Made by a program: the position numbers and the translations under genes
The notes under the pieces: generated by a model
Told to the model about the DNA's origin: nothing
What the model saw: only the letters and a program-made list of their open reading frames with translations
Databases searched by the model: none
Shown: positions 50,293 to 63,940 of the stretch, piece after piece
Layout of the letters: each line of letters begins with the position of its first letter
How positions within the stretch are numbered: the stretch's first letter is position 1
Assembly (NCBI RefSeq): GCF_018350175.1
Contig: NC_058368.1
Coordinates: 58,778,001-58,842,000 of the forward strand
Source of the DNA: Felis catus
Taxonomy: Eukaryota
Direction: 5' to 3'
Length of the DNA stretch: 64,000 bases

Positions 50293-50514
50293 GTAAGACC
50301 TAGTTAATGTCAAAAGGACAAGGTAGAATGAGAAAGGAAAGGAAGATGTAGAATCAGATATGTTCACTTACTCAGAGACATTGGAGAACACAGCCAATTT
50401 AGTTTGGGGAGAGATTCTTCGTAATTAATAGTATGCAGCAAACATTTAAGAGTTATTGACTGCTATTTCAGTTTGCAGTATTCCAGTAACCTGGTAAACC
50501 ATGTTATCTTATTT

Positions 50515-50970
50515 TATGGTTAAATGACTTTGTGGTATAATTTACACACAATTAAATGTTCCTGTGGGCATGTATTTTCACTTGTGTAATTGTCATTACA
50601 ACTAAGACTATTTCAATTATTGCAAAGAGATTTCTTCTGCCTCCTTGTAGTCAGGAAGGCCCAGGAAAATGAGTGATCTGCTTTCTGTCATTAAAGATTA
50701 GTTTTGCCCATTTTAAAATTTTATATAAATGGAATCACACAGTAAGTTGTCTTTTTGTCTGACTTTTTATTCAACACAATATTTTTGAGATACAGCTGCG
50801 TTGTTGCATCTATATTACTTTGTCCCTCTGTTTTGATGAGTAGCATTCCACTACATGAATATAACACAATTCATTTATCAATTCACTCCATTTATCAATT
50901 CAGTGAACATTTGAGTTATTTGTAGCTTATCACTATTATTAATATAACTGCTATGAATATTTCTGTAAAA
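50515..50970 (-). mobile_element. Old L1M (L1MB/MC/ME-type) 3' fragment
   Basis: gtataatttacacacaat; gatctgctttctgtca; ttttatataaatggaatcacacagta; gagtagcattcca. Confidence 0.8.
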
Positions 50971-51083
50971 AAAGAAAAGTCTCTCACTATATGTATCCTC
51001 GATATTATTTTTTATTATGTATTACATAAACTGTTTATATGCCCTTATTTTCAGTCACAATTGCTACGTTAGAAATTATAAGA

Positions 51084-51303
51084 GGGGTGCCTGGGTGGCT
51101 CAGTTGGCTAAGCATCCAACTTTGGCTCAGGTCATGATCTCACCATTTGTGAATTTGAGCCCCATGTCAGGCTCTGTGCTGACAGCTCAGAGCCTGGAGA
51201 CTGCTTTGGATTCTGTGTCTCCCTCTCTCTCTCTCCCTCCCCCACTTGCATTCTGTCTGTCTCTCTCTCAAAAATAAGTAAACATTTAAAAATATTAAAA
51301 AGA
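51084..51303 (+). mobile_element. Can-SINE
   Basis: TSD agaaattataaga at 51071-51083 and 51304-51316. Confidence 0.95.
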
Positions 51304-51579
51304 AGAAATTATAAGAAAAATGTTTTTTATTACTCTTAATGAAATTATTCTTATCTGTAAGCCTTACTTGATTCTCTAGACAGCCCATTTCTATTTTTAA
51401 ATATTACCAGTGTGCAAATAATATTTTAGTGCAAGATTTGTACTTCACTTTACCCATATATGCTGATATATTACTAGATACATATCTGAATGAACTTCAA
51501 AATTGTCCGGTCCATACAAACAGTATATACTGAAAAAATATAGCAGGCTATTTTCAATGAACTGAGTACATACTAGTGA

Positions 51580-52390
51580 ATAAATTAGAAAAAAAAAAAC
51601 ACACAACAACCTTCTTGTCCTTATTAAGTTTTCAATTTATAGGATTTAAATATCAGATGGAGAAGTAATATGGAGAGGAATCACCAGAATTAGGGTAAAA
51701 AGGAGGCCAAGAGAATGAGTTGTCTCATGGAGCAATGGACGTTTGAACAGAACATCTAAAGGGGTTGGTGGAATGAACTCTGCAGCAATCCAGGGATGAC
51801 ACCCCAGATAGAACAAAGCACATTCATAGCAAGGAGGTTAGTATTGCTGGAAGCTAGTGTGACTATAATGCATTATGGGAAAAGGAATAGGACAAGAAGG
51901 CAGAAGAGTGAGAGGGAGATCATTTAGTCCTGGTAATCCCAGGTAAATAGTTAAGCTTTTACTCTAAGAAGGAAAGTTACTGGGGCACATTGAGCAAGAA
52001 ATTGGCATCTTCACTCTAGGTAATGTAAGAATAGTCTATAAAGAGTGAAAAGGACAGATTAGGAGAATGTTGTATTACTGCAGGTAAAAGAGAAAACATA
52101 AATGGAGTTGGTGAGAGTGACTGTGTTTTGAAAAACGTTGATAGTATGAGAAGTTTGTGGTTTGGGTATAGACTGGAGCAAAAGGACAGAAATTGAGGAA
52201 CGCTCCAAGTTTTTGGTTGAAGGCAAAAGGAAAAGAACATGCTTGTCCATTTACTGAGATGGGTAAGATTGCTACAGGAGCAGATTTAGGGATGAGGGTG
52301 GGGGCGGGGGTGCAACAATGGAATCTGATAAGGCATTCAGTTGTCCATTAGACATGGGATTTTGAGTAGGCAGGTGGTATGTATGCATAT
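51580..52390 (-). mobile_element. L2 fragment
   Basis: gtttgaacagaacatctaaagg; ctccaagtttttggttgaagg; ccatttactgagatgggtaaga. Confidence 0.7.
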
Positions 52391-53067
52391 AAATGAAAAG
52401 ATGATGAAATATTTCAAATTCTAATATTGATAGTCCATTTAGTAAGTTTAGATAAGTTTAGTAATCATTTGGATTATATGTGCAATGTACAAATTACCTA
52501 TAATTTTATGAGAATATTACACTTCAGACATAATTTTGGACTACCTTAGTGATTTAAATGACAAAATATTTAATTACTTCACATTTGAGTCAAAAAACAA
52601 AAGAAAAATTATGCATATTCAGTATTGCATAAAAATTGATTAAGATAATTTGATATTTCATGCTTGTACACTTTATGCATAACATTACTTCTTATTTGTT
52701 GCTAAAGGAAATATAATGGTAATTTTGAGTTTAGCAACTTTAGAAGAATAAGCAACACTGAATATATTAATTTATTTCAATACTCTTAGAATGATAACTA
52801 AATGTGGGTAATAATATTACTTGGTGACTATATATGAAAATATAAGCATTTATTAAGTTCAAATTAAGAGTAATAAAATAAGGTTTAAAAATTTTGAATT
52901 AAATTAAATATTAATTTAAAAGATAAGTGGTTCTAATAGTCTGTTTGCCATAAAAAAGCCCTCTGACTTATGAAATACTAAAGGAGCAGTTGAAATTAAT
53001 AATAGGGATTGAGAATATATCAAAATCATTTTGGATAAGTATGTATGAAAAATTAAGACAGTTATAT

Positions 53068-53311
53068 GGGGTGCCTGGGTGGCTCAGGTGGTTAAGCGTC
53101 CAACTTTGGCTCAGGTCATGATCTCACAGTCTGTGAGTTTAAGCCTCACATGGGGCTCTGTACTGACAGCTCAAAGTCTGGAGCCTTCTTTGGATTCTGT
53201 GTCCCTCTCTCTTTCTGCCCCTCCCCTACTTGCATCTTGCATTCTCTCTCTCTCTCTCTCCCTCTCTCTCTCTCTCTCTCAAAAGTAAATAAACATTAAA
53301 AACTTTGAAAG
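53068..53311 (+). mobile_element. Can-SINE
   Basis: TSD aattaagacagttata at 53051-53066 and 53312-53327. Confidence 0.95.
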
Positions 53312-53456
53312 AATTAAGACAGTTATAAAAAGCTTCATTTTTGTCCATTTGTATCATATGTATTCTGATAACCTGTGAGCATTCTCTTTATCTAAAATCA
53401 CACATTATTCAGTTGCGTGATTGGTAAGTATATTATATAAATATAAATTCAGATTT

Positions 53457-53615
53457 GGGGAGCACCTGAGTGACTCATTTGGTTGAGCATTTGACTTGAT
53501 TTCAGCTCAGGTAATGATCCCAGGGTCATGGGACTGAGCCCCACATCAGGTTTCATGCTGGGTGTGGAGTCTGCTTGGGATTGTCTCTCTCCCTCTCTCT
53601 GCCCCTCCTTCTCTT

Positions 53616-53646
<31 letters not shown>

Positions 53647-53680
53647 TAAAAAATAAATAAACATAAAAAATTAAAAATAA
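53457..53680 (+). mobile_element. Older-type Can-SINE
   Basis: Head, (CT)n, tail; degenerate TSD aaatataaa(t/g)tca. Confidence 0.9.
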
Positions 53681-54720
53681 TAAATATAAAGTCAAGTGTT
53701 TGAGATAAAAAGCAAACCACCACCAACAGAAAAACTCTGAAACAAGAAATCATGTGGATAATATTTGAGCATCCCAAGAAAGCATTTGATATCTCACTGA
53801 GAAATATCCTTTGGAAAGAAAACAAAATAATAACCCTTTCTTAACAATTATTTGAAAGAAAAGATAGTGGCAAATAAATAGATTTCTTTTTCAAATAAAG
53901 TTATAAAATGTTAGGCAACTAGTATTATTTGTTTTTGTAGAAGTCAAAATATAAGCATTTGGCTTGTATGGAAGTGGAAAATGAAATTGAATGAGGATAT
54001 TGATTTGCTCCCCGATGTGTTAGGTAACCTGAGGAAAATGGTTATAATGAAAATAGTTATTCAACCTTATCATGCTGTAAAAATGTTTCATAATCACTTT
54101 ATACATTATCCGGGAAAAAAGAAAAAAAAAAAACCTTTTAAGTTAAAACTCATCTTCATTTTAGTGCTATGAATGAAGACAGCAGATAAATTTATCTGAG
54201 GTAAAAAATGTAAGTTATTGAAAGAATTAGGATTGCAATTCATAGGATTGCCCATCTCCTGAAATTGAAGCTATGATTAAGAGAGAGAGATACTAAAAGG
54301 CTTTCCTACAAGTATATTGGTAACATCAAGTATCACTTTCTCTCCTGATGAATGCCAACAGAGGAAAACTAAGGCACATGGTAGATAAACACAATTAAAT
54401 CCTTTAAAAGTTATATTCTCATAAATAAACATCCAAACTTTGTATTTTCCCTCCCACCATATCATTGCTAACCTAAAACACAATCTTGATTTTACTCTTA
54501 GAAATTACTTTTCTGGTAAAGAAGTGAGTATTTTGCATTTTAACAACCAATCTGACCTAGTTTATAGCATTTCTTGTTTACTTTTATGTAGTTACTTAGG
54601 AATTGGAAAGCATGAATTGAATAACAGTTGATTCTATTCAATCAAGAGTCTCTGTGGATTCTATGAACAAAGCCACAAAGAACTGTATACCTTACCACTA
54701 TGAGAATAAATATGAAAAAA

Positions 54721-54930
54721 AGCTCCTGGGTGGTTTAGTCGGTTAAGCGTCCTTGATTTCTTGATTTCGGCTCAGGTCATGATCTTATGGTGGTGAGATC
54801 AAGCCCTGAGTCAAATCCTGTGTCCGGCTCTGGCTGCGAGTGGAGCTGCTTGAGATTTTCTCCCTCCCTCTCTGCCCCACCTCTACTCTCGCTCTCTCAC
54901 TCTCAAAATAAGTAAATAAATATTTAAAAA
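54721..54930 (+). mobile_element. Older degenerate Can-SINE
   Basis: cctgggtggtttagtcggttaagcgtcc...ctcaggtcatgatct...aaaataagtaaataaa. Confidence 0.88.
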
Positions 54931-54970
54931 ATAAATATGGTAAAGTATAGTAATAAAAAGCCATTCTTTT

Positions 54971-55193
54971 TTTTTCTAAATTTTTTTTTCCAACGTTTAT
55001 TTATTTTTGGGACAGAGAGAGACAGAACATGAACGGGGGAGGGGCAGCGAGAGAGGGAGACACAGAATCGGAAACAGGCTCCAGGCTCTGAGCCATCAGC
55101 CCAGAGCCTGACGCGGGGCTCGAACACCCGGGCCGCGAGATCGTGACCTGGCTGAAGTCGGACGCTTAACCGACTGTGCCACCCAGGCGCCCC
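54971..55193 (-). mobile_element. Young feline Can-SINE (SINEC_Fc-type)
   Basis: CpG-intact; perfect TSD aaaaagccattctttt at 54955-54970 and 55194-55209. Confidence 0.97.
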
Positions 55194-55699
55194 AAAAAGC
55201 CATTCTTTTAAGTTAATAGTAATGCATGTTCTTTGTAAGTGTAAAAAAGAAGTCAAACCTTCGCCACCCTTTTCTTGCCCCACCTCACATAAAACACACC
55301 CTAAACTCATTTCCATGTTTAACATATTGTATTCTTCTCGGTAATTTCTTTGCATATATGTATTTGTATACATACATACACATACATATGCATACCTACC
55401 TACATGTTTTTACAGTTTTTATTTATATTTTATTTGTATTATGCTGTATTTGGCAATATGCTATATTAGCCAATGTTAATCCATACAGATTTTAATCCTT
55501 TATGAACTTCAGAATAACTTCATAGTATGCACGTCCATTGATTTATGTTATCATTCTTCTAGGGATGGATTCTTAAGTTGACTTAAGCACATATAGATCT
55601 GCAATAAGCATAGTGAATTTTGGTCTTCTGTTCATTTTCTTGGGGTGTGTGTGCATTTGTGTGTGTGTGTGCATGTGTGTGTGCAGGAATAGAACTCAA

Positions 55700-55890
55700 G
55701 AAAAAAATCCTGACTCTGCCAATTATGATCTATTTGACATTGGACAAGTCTTAATCTGTCATTGTCACAATGTATCCATCTGTGAAATGAGGATATGATC
55801 TTCCCCATAGGGGGTTATAATGTGATAATACTATACACTAAATAGTACAGTTCCTGACCCATAGTTATCATAAATAAGTGTCTATAGTTA
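55700..55890 (+). mobile_element. MIR
   Basis: aatcctgactctgcca...tgacattggacaagtc...catctgtgaaatgaggat...agtacagttcctgacccatagt. Confidence 0.7.
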
Positions 55891-57064
55891 TTGCATTCAT
55901 CTTTTGGTCTTGCGTTAAGCTGAAAATATTTTCCAGTTAATTATACATTTGGATTTATTTTTACATTGGTTTCTTCTTTTGTTATTGTTGACTTGTTTGT
56001 TTTTCTTTATCTTGATGATTTATAAGTTAATTTTAATGACATGGTCCACTCCCTATGTCATTTGTTTGAAATTATTAACATTAAAAAATATTGTCAACCA
56101 AGTTTGGTGAACTAGGAAGACACTTTTACTTGCACGGATAATAGAGACATTGGCTTGTTACATTTAAGTCATTTAACAATTAACTCAAATTTTTGTGTTG
56201 TTTGTTAATCTTGAGTATTTCCCTATAGGTTGAAATAGGAAAGAAAAATATATCTCACAGAACAGTGCTGACAAAAATCAAATTGTACTTTAATTTCACT
56301 ATTACAATCAGTATGCACATGACTTTATAAGGGATCTGAAGTCTAACTGATAAGAAAGAGGTAATTCAATTATTTCTGAATTGGTGCTGTAGTTCTACAA
56401 AGGACTTTTATTTTTAGAAAAAAATGTGGTGAACCTAATGAACAACAAATGATTCAATGTGCTGTGTCCTGTAAATTTTTCACTCTATCCCACCCATTGG
56501 AGTACCAATGACTGATATAATTACTGTGTAATATAAACTTGTCTTTAAGGAAAAGATCGTAAATGGTATTTTGTATATTATATATAAATTTAATTCTACT
56601 TATAGGATGTGTACACATTAGGAAAGATATATCTGGGTTTTAGATTTCTGACTTATAATTTTGTATTGTAGGGTCTTTGCTAGGTATGAGTGTTTTCTAA
56701 CCACTTCAATCTTTTTTTCAGGGTATCCTTTGCTGAGGTCTCTGATTTTAATAAAATTATTTTTTTTCATGTACTGATCTAGGTCTCAGATGAGTGAACT
56801 ACACATAAATGTATCCATATTTAATATTCCCTTTGAATGCAGAGCTATACAATCTTAGTGGATGAATGATTACATTTAGTGGTTTTCATATTTTTTTAAT
56901 TTCATTTTTCCTGTTACCCACACAGGGGGATTTATTATTTTGGGGATTTGAATGTCAAAATTCAAATAAAGACCTATCAGAAATACTTGAATACTAGATC
57001 TAAGGAAAGATTTTAATTTTGGTTCATTTCACTAGGAGCAGCAACAATAAAAAATAAAACTTTA

Positions 57065-57275
57065 TATTAGTAAATGTGAATCGTATGCTCACAATTTGCT
57101 GGTCACCATGCTAAGCGATTTATTTGTATTTATTTGTGTAATCCACACAACCCCATTATTGTTCCCATTTCATGAATGAGACATGGAGATAGGAATAGAA
57201 GTTAAACAGTTTCCTAAGGTGACAAAAGTAGTAAAGGCAGAATTTAGGTTCAATCCAGGGCAGGATGACTCCATT
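57065..57275 (-). mobile_element. MIR
   Basis: caccatgctaagcg...taatccacacaacccc...ttcccatttca...cctaaggtgaca...ggcagaatttaggttcaatccagg. Confidence 0.7.
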
Positions 57276-57607
57276 GTCATAATAAGTGCACTACACTGTC
57301 AATCAGAGTGAGAAGGGTAATTCACCATGTTTACAGGCAAGATCTGTTAATACAGAATTGCATCATATGGCACAAGATGGGAAGAAATTATATTCTTATT
57401 TCTATCTTATGCTATAGTCTTGTAAACTAAATTAAAATTATCCACTTGGGGTTGCTATTTCCTTTTTTAACTCTTTGGAGCAATCTTGGTGGGCATTTTA
57501 CACTCATTATTGGTACATGAGAGGCAGTATGTATGAAGTAAAAGAAATTTTAACTGTTGGTAAAATTTAAAATCCCTCACATTCATTTATTTTCTCTTCT
57601 ATTAATT

Positions 57608-57681
57608 ATTAATAGATAAGTTAATAGATAATAAATAAGTAAATAAATAAATAGATAAGTTAATAGATAAATAAATAAGTT
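57608..57681. repeat. AT-rich imperfect tandem duplication
   Basis: aatagataagttaatagataa(a)taaataagt twice. Confidence 0.8.
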
Positions 57682-58088
57682 TTATTTTGTATAGTTTAGA
57701 AAACACAGACAATTAAAACAGAACAGAGACAATTTTACCACGCAGAAATAATCATTTTTATAATTTCAGTTTCTAATTTTCCAGATATACTTTAGAAATA
57801 ATAATTTAAATATGATAGTCACGATGGATATTCTGATGAATGAGCTGCTTTTTTCACTTACTGTGACAGCATCTTTTTAATGACATAAATATCCTTTTAC
57901 AACAAATTTTAATGAATGCATAGCTGAGTATGTCTTACAATAACATTTTGGATGCCTTGGGAGCAATGTCTGCATTACTGCTTCTATCAAAACATTGTTG
58001 ATGAAATAGCTAATTTCATCACATCTGTGTTTGTAAAAACCTGGGGCTCATTTTTCTTGTACCTGTATCGACAAGTAATTTGAGGTAT

Positions 58089-58301
58089 CTTTTTTTTGAG
58101 ACACAGTGTGTAAGTGGGGGAGAGAGACAGAGGGAGAGACAAACAGAGACAGAGAGACAGACAGACACAGAGAGAGAATCTTAAGCAGACCCCATGCCCA
58201 GCGGGGAACCCAACGCCAGGTTCGATCTCACAACCATGAGATCATGACCTGAGCCGAAATCAGGGGTTGGACTGTTAACAACTGAGCCACCCAGGTGCCC
58301 C
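58089..58301 (-). mobile_element. Can-SINE
   Basis: Antisense body ending gagccacccaggtgcccc. Confidence 0.9.
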
Positions 58302-58625
58302 AGTTGAAGTAATTTTAATAACACACACACATATACACATACACTATTTCTATGTCAAGAAGAAAATATTCAGGATGAAAACATGAAATTTAGGTAAATA
58401 ATATCTGGATTTTCAAAGTCAAGTTCAGTTTTATTAGAAAATTGTCATTTCTATGGAAAATTCAGGGATGAGCTCTTATAATACCAGTAGATGGTAATAA
58501 TTTATGAGGAAAGATAGGAATATTTCCTGACTTGGATTTTGTGAAGGGGCTTATTGAAGCCAAAATATAAATTGACACCTGGGAGTCTTATTATTTTCTG
58601 CTTTATTTTCACTTTTTTAAACAGA

Positions 58626-58836
58626 TCTTTATTTATTTTTATTTATTTTAGCCTTTTTGTTTTGAGAGAAAGAGAGAGTGCAAGCAGAGGAGGGTCAAAG
58701 GGAGAAGGAGAGAAAGAATCTTAAGCAGACTCCATTCCTTGGGGGGGTGGGAGAGCTCCATCTCAGGACTAGGAGATCATGACCTGAGCTGAAATCGAGA
58801 GTCAGAAGCTTAACTGACTGAGCCACACAGGTGCCT
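58626..58836 (-). mobile_element. Older Can-SINE
   Basis: gagatcatgacctgagctgaaatcgagagtcag..gcttaactgactgagccacacaggtgcc. Confidence 0.88.
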
Positions 58837-59419
58837 CTATGCTCTGCTTTATATACAAAAGTCAACAGCTCTAAACATTTTAAGTTGTAATATTTAATTT
58901 GTGTAGAATGTAGAAAACATTTCTGTTATATTATTGTAGTTGACAAAGTTGAAAATAAAGAAAACTTTTAAATATATTCTTCCCTTCCTATCCAAATATG
59001 AACAAAACAGCATTTCTAACTGCTTTTCTCAATATAGAATTAATGGTTTGATTTCCTTATTCAGAATGGATTAGGCTCTATTTTTTAAGTGACAACCTAT
59101 TGTTAAGTCTTATGTTAATAGTCATAGTGTTAAACATACCATTTTTATCCATAAAATTGTAATTATGTGGCATTAATGTTCTACTTAAGAACCAGTGGGT
59201 TCTAGCCTCTAACCATCATTCTTATTCTACTGGCACTCCATATATAAACAGTGGGGATTCATATATAATTATATACTGTAAGGCTTTATGATATTTTCAG
59301 GAGCTGTGCTTCTATAATGAAGAATTGTAAGTAAACTAATGTGCGCACCTTCCTTATACATCACCTGGTTAGTTGTCCTAAAAAGAAAAAAACAAAACAT
59401 AATATATGACTATAATCTT

Positions 59420-59635
59420 TTAAAAAAATTTTTTTTAATGTTCATTATTTTTGAGAGAGAGAGACAGAGTGTGAGTGGGGGAGGGGCAGAGAGAGAGGGA
59501 GACACAGAATCAGAAGCAGTCCCCAGGCTCTGAGCTGTCAGCACAGAGCCCGATGAAGGCTCAAACCCACCAACTGTGAGATCATGACCTGAGCTGAAGT
59601 CTGATGCTTAACCCACTGAACCACCCAGGCGCCCA
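59420..59635 (-). mobile_element. Can-SINE
   Basis: TSD atgactataatctt at 59406-59419 and 59636-59649. Confidence 0.95.
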
Positions 59636-59668
59636 ATGACTATAATCTTATCAAGAAACATGTTGTGG

Positions 59669-59861
59669 GGGGTGCCTGGGTGGCTCAGTTGGTTAAGTGT
59701 CCAACTCTTGATTTCAGCTAAGGGTCATGATCTTGTGGTTTGTGGGTTCAAGCTTACAGTGCTTTCAGCACATGCCTGCTTAGGATTCTCTGTCTCCTTT
59801 TTCTATGCCCCTCCCCACTGGTGCTCTCTCTCTCTCAAATAAGTAAATAAACATAAAAAAA
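59669..59861 (+). mobile_element. Can-SINE
   Basis: Head, body, tail; TSD approximately aagaaa(ca)tgttgtgg. Confidence 0.9.
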
Positions 59862-62523
59862 AAGAAATGTTGTGGACAATTTCCTCAGGTATAAGATTGT
59901 ACTTAATTTGGTTATCCTTTGCCCATTTGTACATTAATATTTCATTACATCTTGACTAAGCTGGTGTTATCTCTACAGTACTAGTGAATGGGCAACATTC
60001 TCATGACATTAATTTATTGTTTTGAATTTAGAATGATTTCAAGAATCAAGTGTTCTTATCAGTAAATTATTTTAAGAACTGTTATTTTCAAAACAAATCA
60101 TTAATAATTTGCCAACATTTTCTAACAATGAATAATCTTGTAACTAACATTTTTTCATAAGAAAATAACTCATCTATTTCCTAGCTATATATTTGCTGAT
60201 TGTTATACTGAAGGAAACAAAAGGATATTAATTTGTTTCAAAATATATGTTATGATTAAAACTTTGAAATTGGCTATATCTATGGCAAACAATTAGTTAC
60301 ATTTTCTTCGCAAACTTTTAACTGCTTAGCTATGATCTGTTTATTGGCACAGAACGCCAAGGACTCCATTCTATGGGAATATTTTAGCCTCATCCACAAA
60401 TCCTTGCTTGATTTACATCATTCTCTGTTTATGTACAAAAGTTTTTGTGAACTTTGCTTCATTAATTAGAAAAGCATAAAAACCTGACTTAAATCTACAT
60501 CTCATTTACACCCCAGATTTGTATCAGATAAACTAACCCTAAACTGTGTGCTAATTCTTATCTAAAGCTTTATTTCAGGGAACAGTCATTTTGAAGGGGT
60601 TTCTGAAGCATGTCCAGTGTACCTACTACTCTGGATTAGTTACACAATGGCCTCTGTCCGTCAGGCAGTAGTGTATTTACCCCATTTTGGCCACTTTCAG
60701 GATTGCTTTGATAAAATTTGGGTCTGCCATTGATCTCCAATCAGAGGCATTATAAAAAACATCCCTACAGAAACTGTTACCATATTTAGATTAAATATGT
60801 TAGCGAAGACATACATCCACAAGATTATATCATGTTCCCTTTTCTCAGTATTGATTGGTCAGATTTTTTCTGATGTTTCTTTATATGGAGTTTCACTTGA
60901 GAAGCTGAACTGGTTTCATTTAATAAAACTTTTGCTTCTGTTTTCTAATTTTTCTTTTTCATCTCTTAAAAACTGCTTCACCAAATATGTAACTACTTCT
61001 GGAGACTGTTCAGGATGCCATTTAAAAGATTTTATATGATTAAGATCAAGGTAGTTCTTTATATCGAATTTTCTTTAAATAAAATAAAAGTAAGTCTTCA
61101 GAACTTCATCCATTTTGTTCTTCAGTCTCCGTAGAGAATAGCTAAAACTAATTTAATTTTAAGGAAGATAAAATGATAAATGAGAAATTTCTGATGTAGA
61201 GTCTGTTCATATGCTGTATATTCATTTTTACATTTATCTTTGTAAAATTGGTGAAAAGTTCGTAAGTTGGAATTGAGTTTATTGGTTGCATGGTTGTCTT
61301 TAAGTAGATCATCTCAACATAAAACTTACAATTATAAGACTTATAATTTATTTAAAATGAATGTAAGAGGGTTTTTTTGATGCTCTATTAATATACACAA
61401 AGTTCTAATATTATCTTCTGTCATATACCAAAAAAAATAATTGGTATGTGTAAACTGGTAAAGAAAAATTATCCATTCCTGATTGTACTGTCTTAAATGG
61501 TCTGATAACATAAAGTTATCTTAAATTTATACTATTAAAGATCCTTTACATACATATATTATTTTTTGTTTCACCTCAAATAGATTTAAAAAATTTTAAA
61601 TGTGCAATCACAGAAACATCAGGAAATAAGCATCTCCTGCAGTGAAATTATTTTATGCTGTAAATGTCAAACAATCTTCTTGTCAGGTGATTCCAGAAAG
61701 CTCCTGACACTTTCAGTTTTCTTTAAATAAATCCAAAATGAAAATATCCATTCAAGTAATTTAATGTATGATGAGTTCCAGGTATCCTGGAACTAGTAAA
61801 ATAATGTCTGCTTTGTATGATATTGTTGGGCTATGTTGTGTATCAAAATAGCAAATTTTCCAGCTAATAAAAATGAAAGGCTTTCGGCAAGAAACATTTT
61901 TTAAAAACCTAATTCTTTTGATTATTTTACAGCACATTTTATAATGATTTGCCATCTTTGGCAGAGAACAACGAACACAATTTAAGCTTTTATTATGACT
62001 TGAGGTCATCATTATGAACATCTAAATATAGCATAATCAGGTAATGCCTCTGAGATTTTTTTACTGATGGTTGACATTCTGAAACTAGATTCAGACTTCT
62101 ATGTTTTTTGGATTTTTTTACTTAATTTAAACTTAAGTCTCCTACTTTGTTACAACTTAACCTGAAGCTCCTTTCTTTTTTTAGTTAGCCTTTCTAATAT
62201 GCTTATTCTAAAATACTGAGGTACTGGTTAATTAATCTTATTATAATTTTCTATAAATTTGAAACATAAATCTTGGATGAACTTGTCAAGCATGGTAAGT
62301 CTTTGGACTTCTTGATTATAGGAAACTACAATGAGACTTATAGGTAAGATGATGGAGGAAATCTTATTACTCCTTTGTGCTCATTGTGCTAATATATTCC
62401 GCTACCCATCTCTGGCATAGTGGATCATGTATATTATCTTTGTTAGGACTAAAAACTAAAATGGATACACACATGCACACACACAAATATGTCTGCTTTA
62501 AACATTTAAAGAGTATGAGGTTA

Positions 62524-62650
62524 GGGGATTAAGAATACGTTTACCATGATGAGCACTGAGTAATGTGTAGAATTGTTGAATTTTTATTTTATATTGTACA
62601 CTTGAAACTAATACAACACTTTATGGTAACTATGCTTCAAAAAATAAAAA
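62524..62650 (+). mobile_element. Carnivore L1 extreme 3' fragment
   Basis: ggggattaaga...gatgagcactgagtaatgtgtagaattgttgaa...gtacacttgaaactaata...aataaa. Confidence 0.85.
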
Positions 62651-62759
62651 GGTATATTTTCTTGGTGTTATGTAAGGTAGAATTCATGATTGTAGTGACA
62701 GGTTGTTGATGGAGGCATAGTATCCAAAATTAACTGTTTTTAGAAAGTGTATTTTATTA

Positions 62760-62971
62760 GGGGTTCCTGGGTGTCTCAGTCAGTTGAGCATCCAACTTCA
62801 GTTTAGGTCATGATCTCGCAGTTCCTGCTTTGAGCCTTGTGTCGGGCTCTGTGCTGACAGCTCAGAGCCTGCAGCCTGCTTTGGATTCTGTGTCTCCCTC
62901 TGTCTCTGACCCTCCCCTGCTCATGCTCTGTCTCTCTCAAAAAGAAATAAATATTTAAAAAAATGTTTTAC
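62760..62971 (+). mobile_element. Can-SINE
   Basis: TSD aaagtgtattttat at 62744-62757 and 62972-62985. Confidence 0.95.
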
Positions 62972-63311
62972 AAAGTGTATTTTATCATATCTTTTTATTT
63001 CCTATAATATTAAGAATGACTTATTTAGTATAGCATTTACTTAAGCATAATGATCATAAGTATTAAATCTAGTAAATCTCTTGTGTGATTTTATTGCTTG
63101 GATTAGGAGTCCAAAATTTTTAAATTTGTGTGTTATCAGTACTGTTCAAAAATTTCTGGTCATATAATTTCTAAATATCTAGGTTTTTTGTTTTTAATCT
63201 ACAAACCTGTCTTGGACATTTTTAAGTTGCATTCTTATCTTTAAAAAAATTAAATTTACTTAATAAATTATGCAATGGAACAACTGTAGCTATAAAAACG
63301 ATGCTAAAATA

Positions 63312-63525
63312 GGGGTATTGGGGTGGCTCAGTTGGTTAAGTATCCTACTTCAGCTCAGGTTATGATCTCACCATTCTGAGTTCGAGCCCTGTGTCCACCT
63401 CTGTGCTGACAGCTCAGAGCCTGGAGCCTGTTTCAGATCCTGTGTCTCGCTCTCTCTCTTCCCCTCCTCCATTCATGCTCTGTCTCTCTCTCTCAAAAAT
63501 AAATAAAAATTAAAATTTTTTTTAA
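63312..63525 (+). mobile_element. Can-SINE
   Basis: Head, body, (CT)n, aataaataaa tail. Confidence 0.92.
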
Positions 63526-63940
63526 ATGTTACTACAATAAATCCATAAAGCTCTTTTAAAAATTGTAGACAATGGAATCCAAATGTGAAAATACTTTTAC
63601 ACCCACAAATGCTACAATGCTACAATTTAAAAAATTATATGGACAAGCTCTTCAAAACAGGGAGATATTTAGTATTCTTTCATCTTATATTATAACTCAT
63701 ATTTACATTCTATTTTTCCATAGATTATTACCCTAATTTAATATTACTTTAATGTTTTCAAGTCTTATATTGGCCATATTATACATACCTGAAAAACATC
63801 TGTACACAGGTAAGAATGAAAGTTTCATTGAATAATTTCCTTTGATAAGTTTATTGGAAATGTATCTCAAAGAAGAATGGATGGTTTTTAATTCTCAGTC
63901 TATATATCTCGGATTAATATTATGTTCTGTTAGTTTTAAA

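Noticed and set aside
60737..60760. CCAAT followed by TATAAAA
   Set aside because: Only about 10 bp apart, with no other support in an AT-rich background
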